Below, piece after piece: positions 7,949 through 16,151 of a stretch of 33,477 nucleotides of DNA. Numbering within the stretch: the first letter of the stretch is position 1; each line of letters opens with the position of its first letter. This stretch comes from a virus (Duplodnaviria; Heunggongvirae; Uroviricota; Caudoviricetes): positions 1-33,477 of the IMG/VR virus record IMGVR_UViG_3300029193_000102; one strand, written 5' to 3'. Made by a program: the position numbers and the translations under genes. The notes under the pieces were generated by a model, which had not been told where the DNA came from, searched no databases, and was given only the letters and a program-made list of their open reading frames with translations.

Positions 7949-8911
7949 ATGAGCAGCAAGCTTCATGGTCTTGTCTGGGAAGGGTGCGCCTTCACCGGCA
8001 TGATCTTATCCAGGGTGGCGGTTATGGCCCGTCTTGCAGACTACAGCAATGACGAGGGCGTGTCATGGCCTGCCATTGAAACTATCCGGCGTCAGATCGG
8101 TGCAAGAAGTGAATCCACAGTGAAATCGGCTATTGCAGAACTGGCGAAAGAGGGCTGGCTGACGAAGGAAGAGCGTAAGGTCGGTGGGCGTAATGTAAGC
8201 AATATCTATCGGCTTAATGTGGAAAAACTCGAAGCAGCTGCGGCGGCGGCGCGTGAGTCATATAAACCGAAAAGAAAAATTAGCCCGGCAAAAAATGACC
8301 CGTTAACAGTTGACCCGTCAAATATTGACCCCTCAACGGTTGACCCGTCAAATTTTGATGGATCAACTGTTGATAAAAAACTGCCGATTAGGGGGGCGAT
8401 GATTGACCCCGATCCGTCAGTATTAAAACCTGATCCGTCAGATAAAAGATCTTCTTGTCCGGACGCTTCGCAACCGGACCCGCAGACGGCTGAACAGGAT
8501 TTTTTAACCCGACACCCTGACGCGGTTGTGTTCAGTGCGAAAAAACGCCAGTGGGGAAGTCAGGAAGATTTGGTGTGCGCACAGTGGATCTGGGGACGAA
8601 TCGTGAGTCTTTACGAGCAGGCGGCCAGCTATGATGGCGAGATCACTAGACCGAAAGAACCCAACTGGACAGCATGGGCCAATGACGTTCGCACAATGCG
8701 GATGCTGGATGGCAGAACTCACAGACAAATTTGTGAAATGTTTGGGCGTCTCCAGCGGGATTCGTTCTGGGTAAAAAACATCATGAGTCCGGCAAAACTC
8801 CGGGAAAAATGGGATGAACTGGTTATCCGCCTGGGGCGTTCGCCTGCGCAGCGTTGCGTGAATCACATTTCTGAACCGGACACTGAAATTCCGCCGGGCT
8901 TCAGGGGGTGA
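7949..8911 (+). CDS. Replication initiator (lambda O-like role) with N-terminal winged-helix domain and internal pentapeptide repeat
   Basis: ATG 7949 after G-rich SD (ORF track starts at GTG 7934); N-terminal HTH-type domain; immediately followed by a DnaC-like loader; contains iteron array. Confidence 0.7.
   Translation: MSSKLHGLVWEGCAFTGMILSRVAVMARLADYSNDEGVSWPAIETIRRQIGARSESTVKSAIAELAKEGWLTKEERKVGGRNVSNIYRLNVEKLEAAAAAARESYKPKRKISPAKNDPLTVDPSNIDPSTVDPSNFDGSTVDKKLPIRGAMIDPDPSVLKPDPSDKRSSCPDASQPDPQTAEQDFLTRHPDAVVFSAKKRQWGSQEDLVCAQWIWGRIVSLYEQAASYDGEITRPKEPNWTAWANDVRTMRMLDGRTHRQICEMFGRLQRDSFWVKNIMSPAKLREKWDELVIRLGRSPAQRCVNHISEPDTEIPPGFRG
8310..8441. repeat. Iteron-like direct repeats (TTGACCCGTCAAAT family) with exact 15-bp periodicity inside the initiator gene; candidate replication origin
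   Basis: Copies start at 8310, 8325, 8340, 8355, 8370, with degenerate copies at 8403 and 8431; they encode the repeated VDPSN(I/F)D peptide. Confidence 0.5.
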
Positions 8912-8917
8912 CGTGTC

Positions 8918-9664
8918 ATGAAAAACATTGCGGCAGTTGGGGTTCTTGAACGTATTCGCAGACTTGCACCACAGGGGGCGGTTCCACCGTACCGGACGGT
9001 GGAGGAGTGGCGGGAATGGCAACTTGCTGAAGGACGAAAACGCAGCGAGGAGATTAACCGCCAGAATCGCCAGTTGCGGGTGGAAAAAATCCTGAATCGT
9101 TCGGGCATTCAGCCTCTGCACAGCAAATGCTCGTTTGCAAATTATCAGGTGCAGAACGACGGGCAAAAATACGCGCTGAGCCAGGCCAAATCCATAGCTG
9201 ACGAACTGATGACCGGGTGCACGAATTTTGTGTTCAGCGGTAAAACCGGCACCGGGAAAAATCACCTTGCAGCGGCGATGGGCAACCGGCTGATGGTGAA
9301 GGGGCGCAGCGTGATTATCGTCACCGTTTCTGACGTCATGAGCGTGTTGCATGACAGCTACGACAACGGCAAATCCGGGGAAAAATTTTTACAGGAGCTT
9401 TGCGGGGTTGATTTGCTGGTCCTGGATGAAATAGGCGTTCAGCGGGAGACGAAAAACGAGCAGGTGGTATTGCACCAGATAATTGATCGCCGGACAGCAT
9501 CACTGTGCAGTGTCGGGATGTTAACAAACCTGAATCATGCCGCAATGAGTACGCTTCTTGGTGAGAGGATTATGGACCGCATGACCATGAACGGTGGTCG
9601 ATGGGTGACGTTTAACTGGGATAGCTGGCGTCCAAATGTCAGCAATATGAGGGTTGTGAAGTAA
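8918..9664 (+). CDS. DnaC-like helicase loader (IstB-type AAA+ ATPase)
   Basis: 248 aa; Walker A GKTGTGKNHLAAAMG, Walker B LLVLDEIG. Confidence 0.85.
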   Translation: MKNIAAVGVLERIRRLAPQGAVPPYRTVEEWREWQLAEGRKRSEEINRQNRQLRVEKILNRSGIQPLHSKCSFANYQVQNDGQKYALSQAKSIADELMTGCTNFVFSGKTGTGKNHLAAAMGNRLMVKGRSVIIVTVSDVMSVLHDSYDNGKSGEKFLQELCGVDLLVLDEIGVQRETKNEQVVLHQIIDRRTASLCSVGMLTNLNHAAMSTLLGERIMDRMTMNGGRWVTFNWDSWRPNVSNMRVVK

Positions 9665-9685
9665 TTTTGTCCGGAGGAAATTTTA

Positions 9686-10456
9686 ATGGAAACCGTATCT
9701 GACGCACTGAAAGCACTGAAAAAAGCCTCTTCACATGTGGTGGCAGCTCGCCTTGGAATCAGTCGTGAAGAGGCTGTCAACGAGCTGTGGGAACTCAAAA
9801 GAAAAGGCGTCGTTGATAAAACTGGTCACACCTGGTTTCTGGCTGGCGAAGGTGAATCCCGGGTAACCGAAGAGCGGCCAGTAAAATCTGAAGCACAGGA
9901 TATGCTGACCGGGGAGGTCGAACAAAAAGTTACCGCAGACATGATGATTGAGTTTATCGGTCAGGATGGGGCTAAAACGTGTGAGGAACTGGCGGGTAAG
10001 TTCGGTGTCAGTACTTGCAAGGTTGCTTCCACGCTGGCGGTGGTAACCGCAACGGGGCGGCTGGCACGCGTTAATCAGAACGGTAAATTTCGTTACTGCA
10101 TGCCGGGCGATAATTTACCAGCAGAGCCGAAAGCCGCGCTGGTAACGGAAAGTGATGGTAAGGCCTTTCCTCAGCCAGCAGGTGCTGCGTTACCAGTCCG
10201 GGAAGCCGCAACACAGGAAGAAATTAAAACAGAAACTGTGGCGGACATTGTGCAGCCGTTGCCATCGTTTACCGAAACGCAAGCAGATGAGCTGATTTTT
10301 CCGTCCCTTCGCAGGGCAAACCTGGCGCTGCGCAGGGCGAAAAGTGATGTTCAGAAGTGGGAGCGAGTCTGCGCCGCGCTGCGGGAGCTGAACAAGCACC
10401 GGGATATTGTTCGACAGATTACTGATTCTTCCCGCCGTGTTGTATCGGAAAAGTGA
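9686..10456 (+). CDS. Hypothetical early protein, 256 aa, two winged-helix-like segments
   Basis: GGAGG SD; SHVVAARLGISREEAVNELWELKRKG and TCEELAGKFGVSTCKVASTLAV segments. Confidence 0.55.
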   Translation: METVSDALKALKKASSHVVAARLGISREEAVNELWELKRKGVVDKTGHTWFLAGEGESRVTEERPVKSEAQDMLTGEVEQKVTADMMIEFIGQDGAKTCEELAGKFGVSTCKVASTLAVVTATGRLARVNQNGKFRYCMPGDNLPAEPKAALVTESDGKAFPQPAGAALPVREAATQEEIKTETVADIVQPLPSFTETQADELIFPSLRRANLALRRAKSDVQKWERVCAALRELNKHRDIVRQITDSSRRVVSEK

Positions 10457-10471
10457 TTGCCGGAGGCGCTT

Positions 10472-10864
10472 ATGGCAAAAGTATTTACACCAGAAGAGCG
10501 GGAAGAAGTGAAGGCGCGCATTGTGGAATTCGTGCGCCTGAGCGGACGAGAAACTTTTCGACAACTGGCAGATAAAACGGGTGTCAGTAAGACCGCTATT
10601 CGTCGTTTATCTGGTGCGCTTGCGGCCAGTGGTGATGTCTGGCTCTCTGGTTGCGGGGTATTTCCATCAGAGCAGGCGTATCGCGTATGGCGTAAGACAC
10701 CGGAGAAGGCTGCTGACCCGACACTGATTCGAAAGTTACCTGACGGAGAAATACGTCGTTACAACAGACGGCAGAACATAATTTTTCGTGAGTGCCGCCA
10801 GAGCGAAGTTATGCAGCGTGTGCTGGCGTTCTATCGGGGAAACTTTCAGGAGGTGATGGAGTGA
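10472..10864 (+). CDS. Hypothetical early protein, ~130 aa
   Basis: ATG 10472 with GGAGG 6 nt upstream (ORF track begins at TTG 10457). Confidence 0.5.
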   Translation: MAKVFTPEEREEVKARIVEFVRLSGRETFRQLADKTGVSKTAIRRLSGALAASGDVWLSGCGVFPSEQAYRVWRKTPEKAADPTLIRKLPDGEIRRYNRRQNIIFRECRQSEVMQRVLAFYRGNFQEVME

Positions 10865-11157
10865 GGGTCAGAGTTTATATTGCCGGTCCAATGACGGGAT
10901 ATGAAAATTTCAACCGTGAGGCGTTTCACAAGGCGGAAGAGGAACTGAAACGGGAAGGGCATACCGTCTTAAACCCGGCAGTACTTCCGGACGGGCTGAC
11001 ACAGCCGCACTACATGGATATTTGCATGGCAATGATTCGTTGTGTGGATGCGATTTACATGCTGAATGGCTGGCAGCGGTCAGCGGGCGCTAAGGCAGAG
11101 CTGGCACTGGCGGAGAAACTGGGGCATGCAGTGATTTATCAGGAGGTGGCTCAATGA
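10861..11157 (+). CDS. DUF4406-like protein (nucleoside 2-deoxyribosyltransferase-like fold family)
   Basis: GTG 10861 overlapping upstream stop, GGAGGTG just upstream; motif VYIAGPMTGYENFNREAFHKAEEELKREGH. Confidence 0.5.
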   Translation: MRVRVYIAGPMTGYENFNREAFHKAEEELKREGHTVLNPAVLPDGLTQPHYMDICMAMIRCVDAIYMLNGWQRSAGAKAELALAEKLGHAVIYQEVAQ

Positions 11158-11615
11158 GAGAGGTTAACTATGAGGCGCTTCGTGAGGCAGCACAAAACTA
11201 TCAGTCGACGCTGGCGTGGTATCAGGCTATCCCGGACAGCCCAAATGCTGAACGGGATTGTGATGCGGCTCTTGCTGCGTTTAAGCGTCACATCCGTCAT
11301 CGGGAAGCGGATATTATCGCTGATTTGCTGGATGGACTGGAAGAAGCAAAATCACAACTCAAAGAGCAGCGTGAGTATTACGAAGGCGTTATCTCTGATG
11401 GGAGCAAGCGTATTGCTGAACTGGAAGCGCGGGAAGTTCAATTACCGACTCGCTACGACCTTCGATATGGACACCCGATAAATGCAGATGAGCGACATGT
11501 CATGATACCTAAAGAAAATGGCAGTTGGCTTTACCTGATTGACCTAGAACACGCATTACGCGTCTCTGGCATTCGCATCAAAGGAGAGGAGCATGGAAAT
11601 AAAACCAGAGGATGA
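11154..11615 (+). CDS. Hypothetical early protein, 153 aa
   Basis: ATG 11154 overlaps upstream stop (ATGA); AGGAGG SD. Confidence 0.55.
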   Translation: MREVNYEALREAAQNYQSTLAWYQAIPDSPNAERDCDAALAAFKRHIRHREADIIADLLDGLEEAKSQLKEQREYYEGVISDGSKRIAELEAREVQLPTRYDLRYGHPINADERHVMIPKENGSWLYLIDLEHALRVSGIRIKGEEHGNKTRG

Positions 11616-11949
11616 GTTAAGCAATATCGTTTTATTTCCGGTAAAAGAGGATGACCCTCGTAATCAGGTTAATTTTCTTTATGAGCCATCGGAAAGACCA
11701 TATTGTCATCACGCCTCTGTCCGGGTTGACGAAAAAGAGCGTCAGGTCCGCTGTAAAATCTGCGGTGCAGTTGTGGAGCCATTTGACTGGATGCTCTCTG
11801 TGGCGAAAAGAGAAACCAGACTGGCAGATGATGTAAGGCACTTGCGCCAGGAGGAGCGGGAAAGGCGAAAAAATATAGAAAAGCTAATTCAGATTGAGCG
11901 TAACGCGAAAGCGCGGATACGCAGGGCGACAAAATCCAGAACTGAATAA
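11593..11949 (+). CDS. Hypothetical zinc-ribbon protein, 118 aa, Arg/Lys-rich C-terminus
   Basis: AAGGAGAGGAG SD; CHH...CKICG motif. Confidence 0.55.
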   Translation: MEIKPEDELSNIVLFPVKEDDPRNQVNFLYEPSERPYCHHASVRVDEKERQVRCKICGAVVEPFDWMLSVAKRETRLADDVRHLRQEERERRKNIEKLIQIERNAKARIRRATKSRTE

Positions 11950-12042
11950 TTAAATTTAGCTTTGTTAAAAATTTAATCCTTAACCGGAGGGATTTCTGCA
12001 CCCTCAGAACATCAGGAAGCCGCCCGAAAGGGCGGTAGTTAA

Positions 12043-12225
12043 ATGCGAAAGTTTAAAATAATTATTGAAACGGGAATAGCCGGTGGAGATTTCGAGGATG
12101 AATTCGAAGTGGATGATGATGCGACGCCTGATGAAATACATGACGAAGCAAAAGATATTTTCTTTAACTACTGCAATTACTCATATCACGAAATAAAAGA
12201 CGAAGAGGAAGAGCAAAATGGCTGA
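12043..12225 (+). CDS. Hypothetical small acidic protein, 60 aa
   Basis: ORF with ATG at 12043 preceded by a short hairpin (12020..12035); very acidic composition. Confidence 0.4.
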   Translation: MRKFKIIIETGIAGGDFEDEFEVDDDATPDEIHDEAKDIFFNYCNYSYHEIKDEEEEQNG

Positions 12226-12394
12226 TTTTGGTTCAACTAAATACAACGTCAGTTTTGAAGCATGGCATGAACTGTTAATGGACTATGCAGAGTTACGTGG
12301 TGGCAGTGCTGCTGATGCTGAAGCATGGCGTGATGATTATGAAGCAGGAAAAACTCCGGTCGAAGCATATTGTGATGAGTGGGGCGATGAATGA
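12218..12394 (+). CDS. Hypothetical 58-aa protein (below the ORF-track size cut-off)
   Basis: ATG 12218 overlaps the upstream stop and its TGA overlaps the next ATG (12391); translated by hand as MADFGSTKYNVSFEAWHELLMDYAELRGG...CDEWGDE. Confidence 0.4.
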   Translation: MADFGSTKYNVSFEAWHELLMDYAELRGGSAADAEAWRDDYEAGKTPVEAYCDEWGDE

Positions 12395-12906
12395 GCGAGA
12401 TTAATTATCAGGAAGGGCATGAAACGGCAGGGCAGGCAAAACCAGTTGCATGGCGATATCGCTACGTGAAAAAAGACGTTACAGACTTTCAGGGGAAGCC
12501 GTGGGCTGGTGACTGGAAATATGTACCGACAAAAGAGGATTGTAACGACAGGCCGAACTATGAAATTCAGGCCTTATTCATCGGCCCGCCAGTCCCGGTG
12601 ACATCAGAAGGACTGGTTAAAGCCGTGCGCTTTTATGAACAGGTAAAGCGTGAGAATCCGCCAGTCGAAACAGGAGCATGGAAGGATGCTGTTGACTGGG
12701 TGCTCAGAGAGGCCTGCTGCGCTGCCATTCTGGGTAAAGCCGACAATCCACCAGCATCCGGCAATCAGGTTAGCGAATTAACAATGTGGGTTAAACGACT
12801 GGTCAGTCAACTGAAAAAAGCTCAGCCGGACTGCAAATTACCGGAGAAGGCGATGGATTACCTGAAACGAAATGGACTGATAAGCGTGGAGGATGTTTTA
12901 CGATGA
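12391..12906 (+). CDS. Hypothetical early protein, 171 aa
   Basis: ORF track; translationally coupled to the upstream small ORF. Confidence 0.55.
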   Translation: MSEINYQEGHETAGQAKPVAWRYRYVKKDVTDFQGKPWAGDWKYVPTKEDCNDRPNYEIQALFIGPPVPVTSEGLVKAVRFYEQVKRENPPVETGAWKDAVDWVLREACCAAILGKADNPPASGNQVSELTMWVKRLVSQLKKAQPDCKLPEKAMDYLKRNGLISVEDVLR

Positions 12907-13026
12907 ATATTTAGACTAAAGAGTTTGTAACGCTATGTAAGTGATTTTTTCTGGTTTAGATATTTATATGTCCGGCCAAATTGAGGTGTGTTTAAATGTT
13001 ATTGCTCATTGATTGTAGGGGGAATA

Positions 13027-13206
13027 ATGAAAAACGCATTGCAGTTTTTGTTTGTTGCGTTCTGGTTGTTCGCATCATGTATGCCCATCATCTTCACAGC
13101 AAGGTATATGGAAAAAATTGATGTTTTGATATTAATGTTTGGACATATAAATGCCCTTTTTTTAGGGGTGTTCATGGCGGTCATGTGCATTGAATACTGG
13201 CGGTAA
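13027..13206 (+). CDS. Small two-helix membrane protein (59 aa) in an AT-rich islet
   Basis: ATG 13027 with GGGGGA upstream; two hydrophobic stretches; surrounding DNA is conspicuously AT-rich. Confidence 0.4.
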   Translation: MKNALQFLFVAFWLFASCMPIIFTARYMEKIDVLILMFGHINALFLGVFMAVMCIEYWR

Positions 13207-13465
13207 ATACAGCGAACGCCATTGGTTTAGTTGGATATTTACTGTGCCGGACAAAAACGGTTTGCGGGGAAATCTTAGTTAAGTAGAATAACTGCGGGTG
13301 CTTGAGGCTATCTGTCTCAGGCATGAACACCAAAAGGCAGATAGAGAAAAGCCCCAGTTAACATTACGCGTCCGGCAAGACGCTTAACATTAATCTGAGG
13401 CTCAATCTATGAACGGCAAATCTAGGTTAGCCTCTTACGTGCCGAAAGGCAAGGAGAAGCAGGCT

Positions 13466-13621
13466 ATGAAGCAGCAAAAGGCGATGTTAGTCGCCCTGAT
13501 CGTCATCTGTATTACCGTCATTGTGACGGCACTGGTAACGAGGAAAGACCTCTGCGAGGTACGAATCCGAACCGGCCAGACGGAGGTCACTGTCTTCACA
13601 GCTTACGAACCTGAGGAGTAA
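13466..13621 (+). CDS. hok: Hok/Gef-family type I toxin (HokD/RelF-like)
   Basis: 51 aa MKQQKAMLVALIVICITVIVTALVTRKDLCEVRIRTGQTEVTVFTAYEPEE, near-identical to recalled HokD; AAGGAGAAG SD 7 nt upstream. Confidence 0.8.
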   Translation: MKQQKAMLVALIVICITVIVTALVTRKDLCEVRIRTGQTEVTVFTAYEPEE

Positions 13622-13691
13622 GAGACCAGGCGAGGGGGAAATCCCTCGCCACCTCTGATGAGTCAGGCATCCTCAACGCACCCGCACTTAA

Positions 13692-13717
13692 CCCGCTTCG
13701 GCGGGTTTTGTTTTTTC
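13692..13717 (+). terminator. Rho-independent terminator after hok
   Basis: CCCGC-TTCG-GCGGG followed by TTTTGTTTTTTC. Confidence 0.55.
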
Positions 13718-13788
13718 CTGGCATTCTGGTTTACAATTCGCACGTCAGCCTGAACACCTGACACCTGCTGCGCCAGCAGAGAAAACAG

Positions 13789-14061
13789 ATGGCGCACAAA
13801 ACCAAATTTCACAATTCTGATACCGACCTTGCCATCCGGCATGGGCGGCGTTCACACGCATTTAAAACCGACTGGTACCAACACCCACCATGTACTGAAG
13901 AACAGGCCGAATGGCTAATTCATAACTACCGCAGACGCGGATACGAGATTAAGAAAGCCCTCAGCCTCGATTATCGTCACTGGATAATCTATGTCAGGCT
14001 CCCTTATTCCGAACGCTCACCGCGCCCATCCCGCACATTCCAGCAACGCATCTGGAGGTAA
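13789..14061 (+). CDS. Hypothetical 90-aa protein upstream of DUF968
   Basis: ORF track; its stop (14059..14061) is 1 nt before the DUF968 GTG start. Confidence 0.4.
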   Translation: MAHKTKFHNSDTDLAIRHGRRSHAFKTDWYQHPPCTEEQAEWLIHNYRRRGYEIKKALSLDYRHWIIYVRLPYSERSPRPSRTFQQRIWR

Positions 14062-14062
14062 C

Positions 14063-15121
14063 GTGCGGATATTACTTCGACCTGTTCTGGTACCGGAACT
14101 CGGGCTGGTGATCCTTAGGCCGGGCCGTGAATCCATGCAAGTATTTCATAACCCTCGAGTGCTGGTGGAGCCTGAACCGAAAAGCATGCGCGGTCTGCCG
14201 TCCGGAGTCGTCCCTGCCGTTCGCCAGCCGCTGGCGGAGGATAAATCATTACTGCCATTTTTCAGCGATGAGCGTGTGATTCGTGCTGCTGGCGGCGCTG
14301 GCGCACTGTCTGACTGGCTCCTGCGTCATGTTAAATCCTGCCAGTGGCCTCATGGAGACTATCACCACAGTGAAACCGTCATACATCGTTACGGTACCGG
14401 CGCAATGGTGTTGTGCTGGCACTGCGACAACCAACTGCGCGACCAGACCTCCGAATCACTCGGGCAACTTGCTCACCAAAACCTGTCTGCATGGATGATT
14501 GACGTCATACGCCATGCAATGAATGGCTCGCAGGAACGGGAATTATCGCTGGCTGAATTATCCTGGTGGGCGGTCCGCAATCAGGTGGCGGACGCGCTAC
14601 CGGAAGCGGTATTACGTCGTTCGCTGGGGTTGCGTGCGGAAAAAATCCGCTCAATGTACCGTGAAAGCGACATCGTACCGGGAGAGCAGACCGCCACCAG
14701 CATACTGAAGCAGCGCACAAAAAATATTGCGCTACCACTTCACGCCCACCAGCAACAAATCCGGCCACAGGAAAAGACGGTGGTCAGCATTGCCGTTGAT
14801 CCGGAGTCACCGGCTCAGTATCTCCAGCGCCAGAAACCACAACGGGAAGAGATGCCTGTATACACGCGCTGGGTAAAAACGCAGAAATGCATGACGTGCG
14901 GTAATCAGGCAGATGATCCGCATCACATCATTGGTCATGGACTGGGAGGGATGGGAACAAAGGCTGACGATTTGTTTGTTATTCCGTTGTGCCGTAAATG
15001 CCATAACAAACTACATGCCGGAGTAAAAGATTTTGAAGAAAAACACGGCAGTCAGTTGTTGTTGCTGATTCGTTTTTTAATGCACGCGAGAAACTCGGGT
15101 GTTCTGAAGTGGAAAGCATAA
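14063..15121 (+). CDS. DUF968 protein (YdfU-like) with C-terminal Cys/His motif
   Basis: GTG 14063 with GGAGG 4 nt upstream; ~352 aa like recalled YdfU; C-terminal CMTCGN...HHIIGHG...CRKCHNKLH. Confidence 0.65.
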   Translation: MRILLRPVLVPELGLVILRPGRESMQVFHNPRVLVEPEPKSMRGLPSGVVPAVRQPLAEDKSLLPFFSDERVIRAAGGAGALSDWLLRHVKSCQWPHGDYHHSETVIHRYGTGAMVLCWHCDNQLRDQTSESLGQLAHQNLSAWMIDVIRHAMNGSQERELSLAELSWWAVRNQVADALPEAVLRRSLGLRAEKIRSMYRESDIVPGEQTATSILKQRTKNIALPLHAHQQQIRPQEKTVVSIAVDPESPAQYLQRQKPQREEMPVYTRWVKTQKCMTCGNQADDPHHIIGHGLGGMGTKADDLFVIPLCRKCHNKLHAGVKDFEEKHGSQLLLLIRFLMHARNSGVLKWKA

Positions 15122-15487
15122 ATGACCGAACGCATAGAATTTGTTTTGCCTTACCCGCCGACGGTGAACACTTACTGGCGACGCCGTGGCAGCACATATT
15201 TTATCTCGGAGGAGGGAAAGCGTTATCGCCGGGCTGTGGCGCTTATTGTTCGCCAGCAGCGGCTGAAATTAAGCCTGTCCGGAAGGCTGGCGATAAAGGT
15301 GATTGCAGAGCCACCGGATAAGCGTCGTCGCGACCTGGACAACATTCTGAAAGCACCGCTGGATGCGCTGACGCATGCGGGAGTGCTCATTGATGACGAG
15401 CAGTTTGATGAAATCAATATTGTACGTGGTCAGCCAGTATCTGGTGGACGGCTGGGTGTGAAGATTTACAAAATTGAGAGTGAGTGA
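15122..15487 (+). CDS. rusA: Holliday junction resolvase RusA
   Basis: 121 aa; matches recalled RusA motifs LPYPPTVNTYWRRRG and DKRRRDLDNILKAPLDALTHAGVLIDD. Confidence 0.85.
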   Translation: MTERIEFVLPYPPTVNTYWRRRGSTYFISEEGKRYRRAVALIVRQQRLKLSLSGRLAIKVIAEPPDKRRRDLDNILKAPLDALTHAGVLIDDEQFDEINIVRGQPVSGGRLGVKIYKIESE

Positions 15488-16050
15488 GCGTAAATATGAT
15501 ATATCCGGAAATTACAGGCAAAAGCGGCGAGCATTTGCGTCTAAAAACGCTGGAAGCAGTCTGGATCCAGGGGAAATTACGGATGTGGGGGCGGTGGTCG
15601 TATATTGGCGGCGGTAAGACGGGAAATATGTTCAACCAATTACTGACCTCTAAAAAGCTGACAAAAACGGCAATTAACGAGGCGCTCCGGAGGATGAAAA
15701 AAGCTGGTCTGGACAAACCTGAACTTGAGGCTTTTTTGCGGGATATGATCAACGGCAATCAAAAAAGCTGGCTGGCACATTGTACCGATTCAGAGGCGTT
15801 AATAATCGACAGGGTTATTGGTGAAGTCCTGGCAGGCTATCCCGGGCTGCTCAATGTCCTGAGTCAGCGTTATGTGGGGCGGGGGATGACTAAGCGCAAA
15901 ATGGCTGAACTGCTGAATGATGCACACCCGGAATGGAGTTTAAGAACCTGTGAAAGACGCATTGAGCATTGGCTAAAGGTGGCAGAATTTATTTTGTACA
16001 AACCAATGGTTATGGCTTTTGGTATAGAGAAAAAAGTTATTGCTTTTTGA
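15484..16050 (+). CDS. Putative late-gene antiterminator (Q-like), assigned mainly by position
   Basis: 188 aa; lies between rusA and a strong terminator that precedes the late genes; alternative start ATG 15496. Confidence 0.5.
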   Translation: MSVNMIYPEITGKSGEHLRLKTLEAVWIQGKLRMWGRWSYIGGGKTGNMFNQLLTSKKLTKTAINEALRRMKKAGLDKPELEAFLRDMINGNQKSWLAHCTDSEALIIDRVIGEVLAGYPGLLNVLSQRYVGRGMTKRKMAELLNDAHPEWSLRTCERRIEHWLKVAEFILYKPMVMAFGIEKKVIAF

Positions 16051-16127
16051 CGTAAAAACTGCTTCAATTCCGGTACGCTTCGCAAAGCTGTACCACGAGG
16101 CGAATAGCAGACATGGACATTTGAAAG

Positions 16128-16151
16128 AGCCCGCTTTTTGCGGGTTTTTTT
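16128..16151 (+). terminator. Rho-independent terminator downstream of the Q-like gene (tR'-like)
   Basis: CCCGC-TTTTT-GCGGG followed by TTTTTTT. Confidence 0.6.

Noticed and set aside
8504-9352. 282-aa minus-strand ORF
   Set aside because: Antisense to the replication initiator and DnaC-like genes, which have clear motifs; His/Arg/Pro-rich shadow ORF.
13409-13465. Upstream in-frame ATG extending the hok ORF to 70 aa
   Set aside because: The toxin proper starts at 13466 with a strong SD and matches Hok length; the extension is kept only as a possible mok-like frame in the findings.
15109-15321. 70-aa ORF overlapping rusA
   Set aside because: Alternate frame within the well-supported rusA gene; no RBS.
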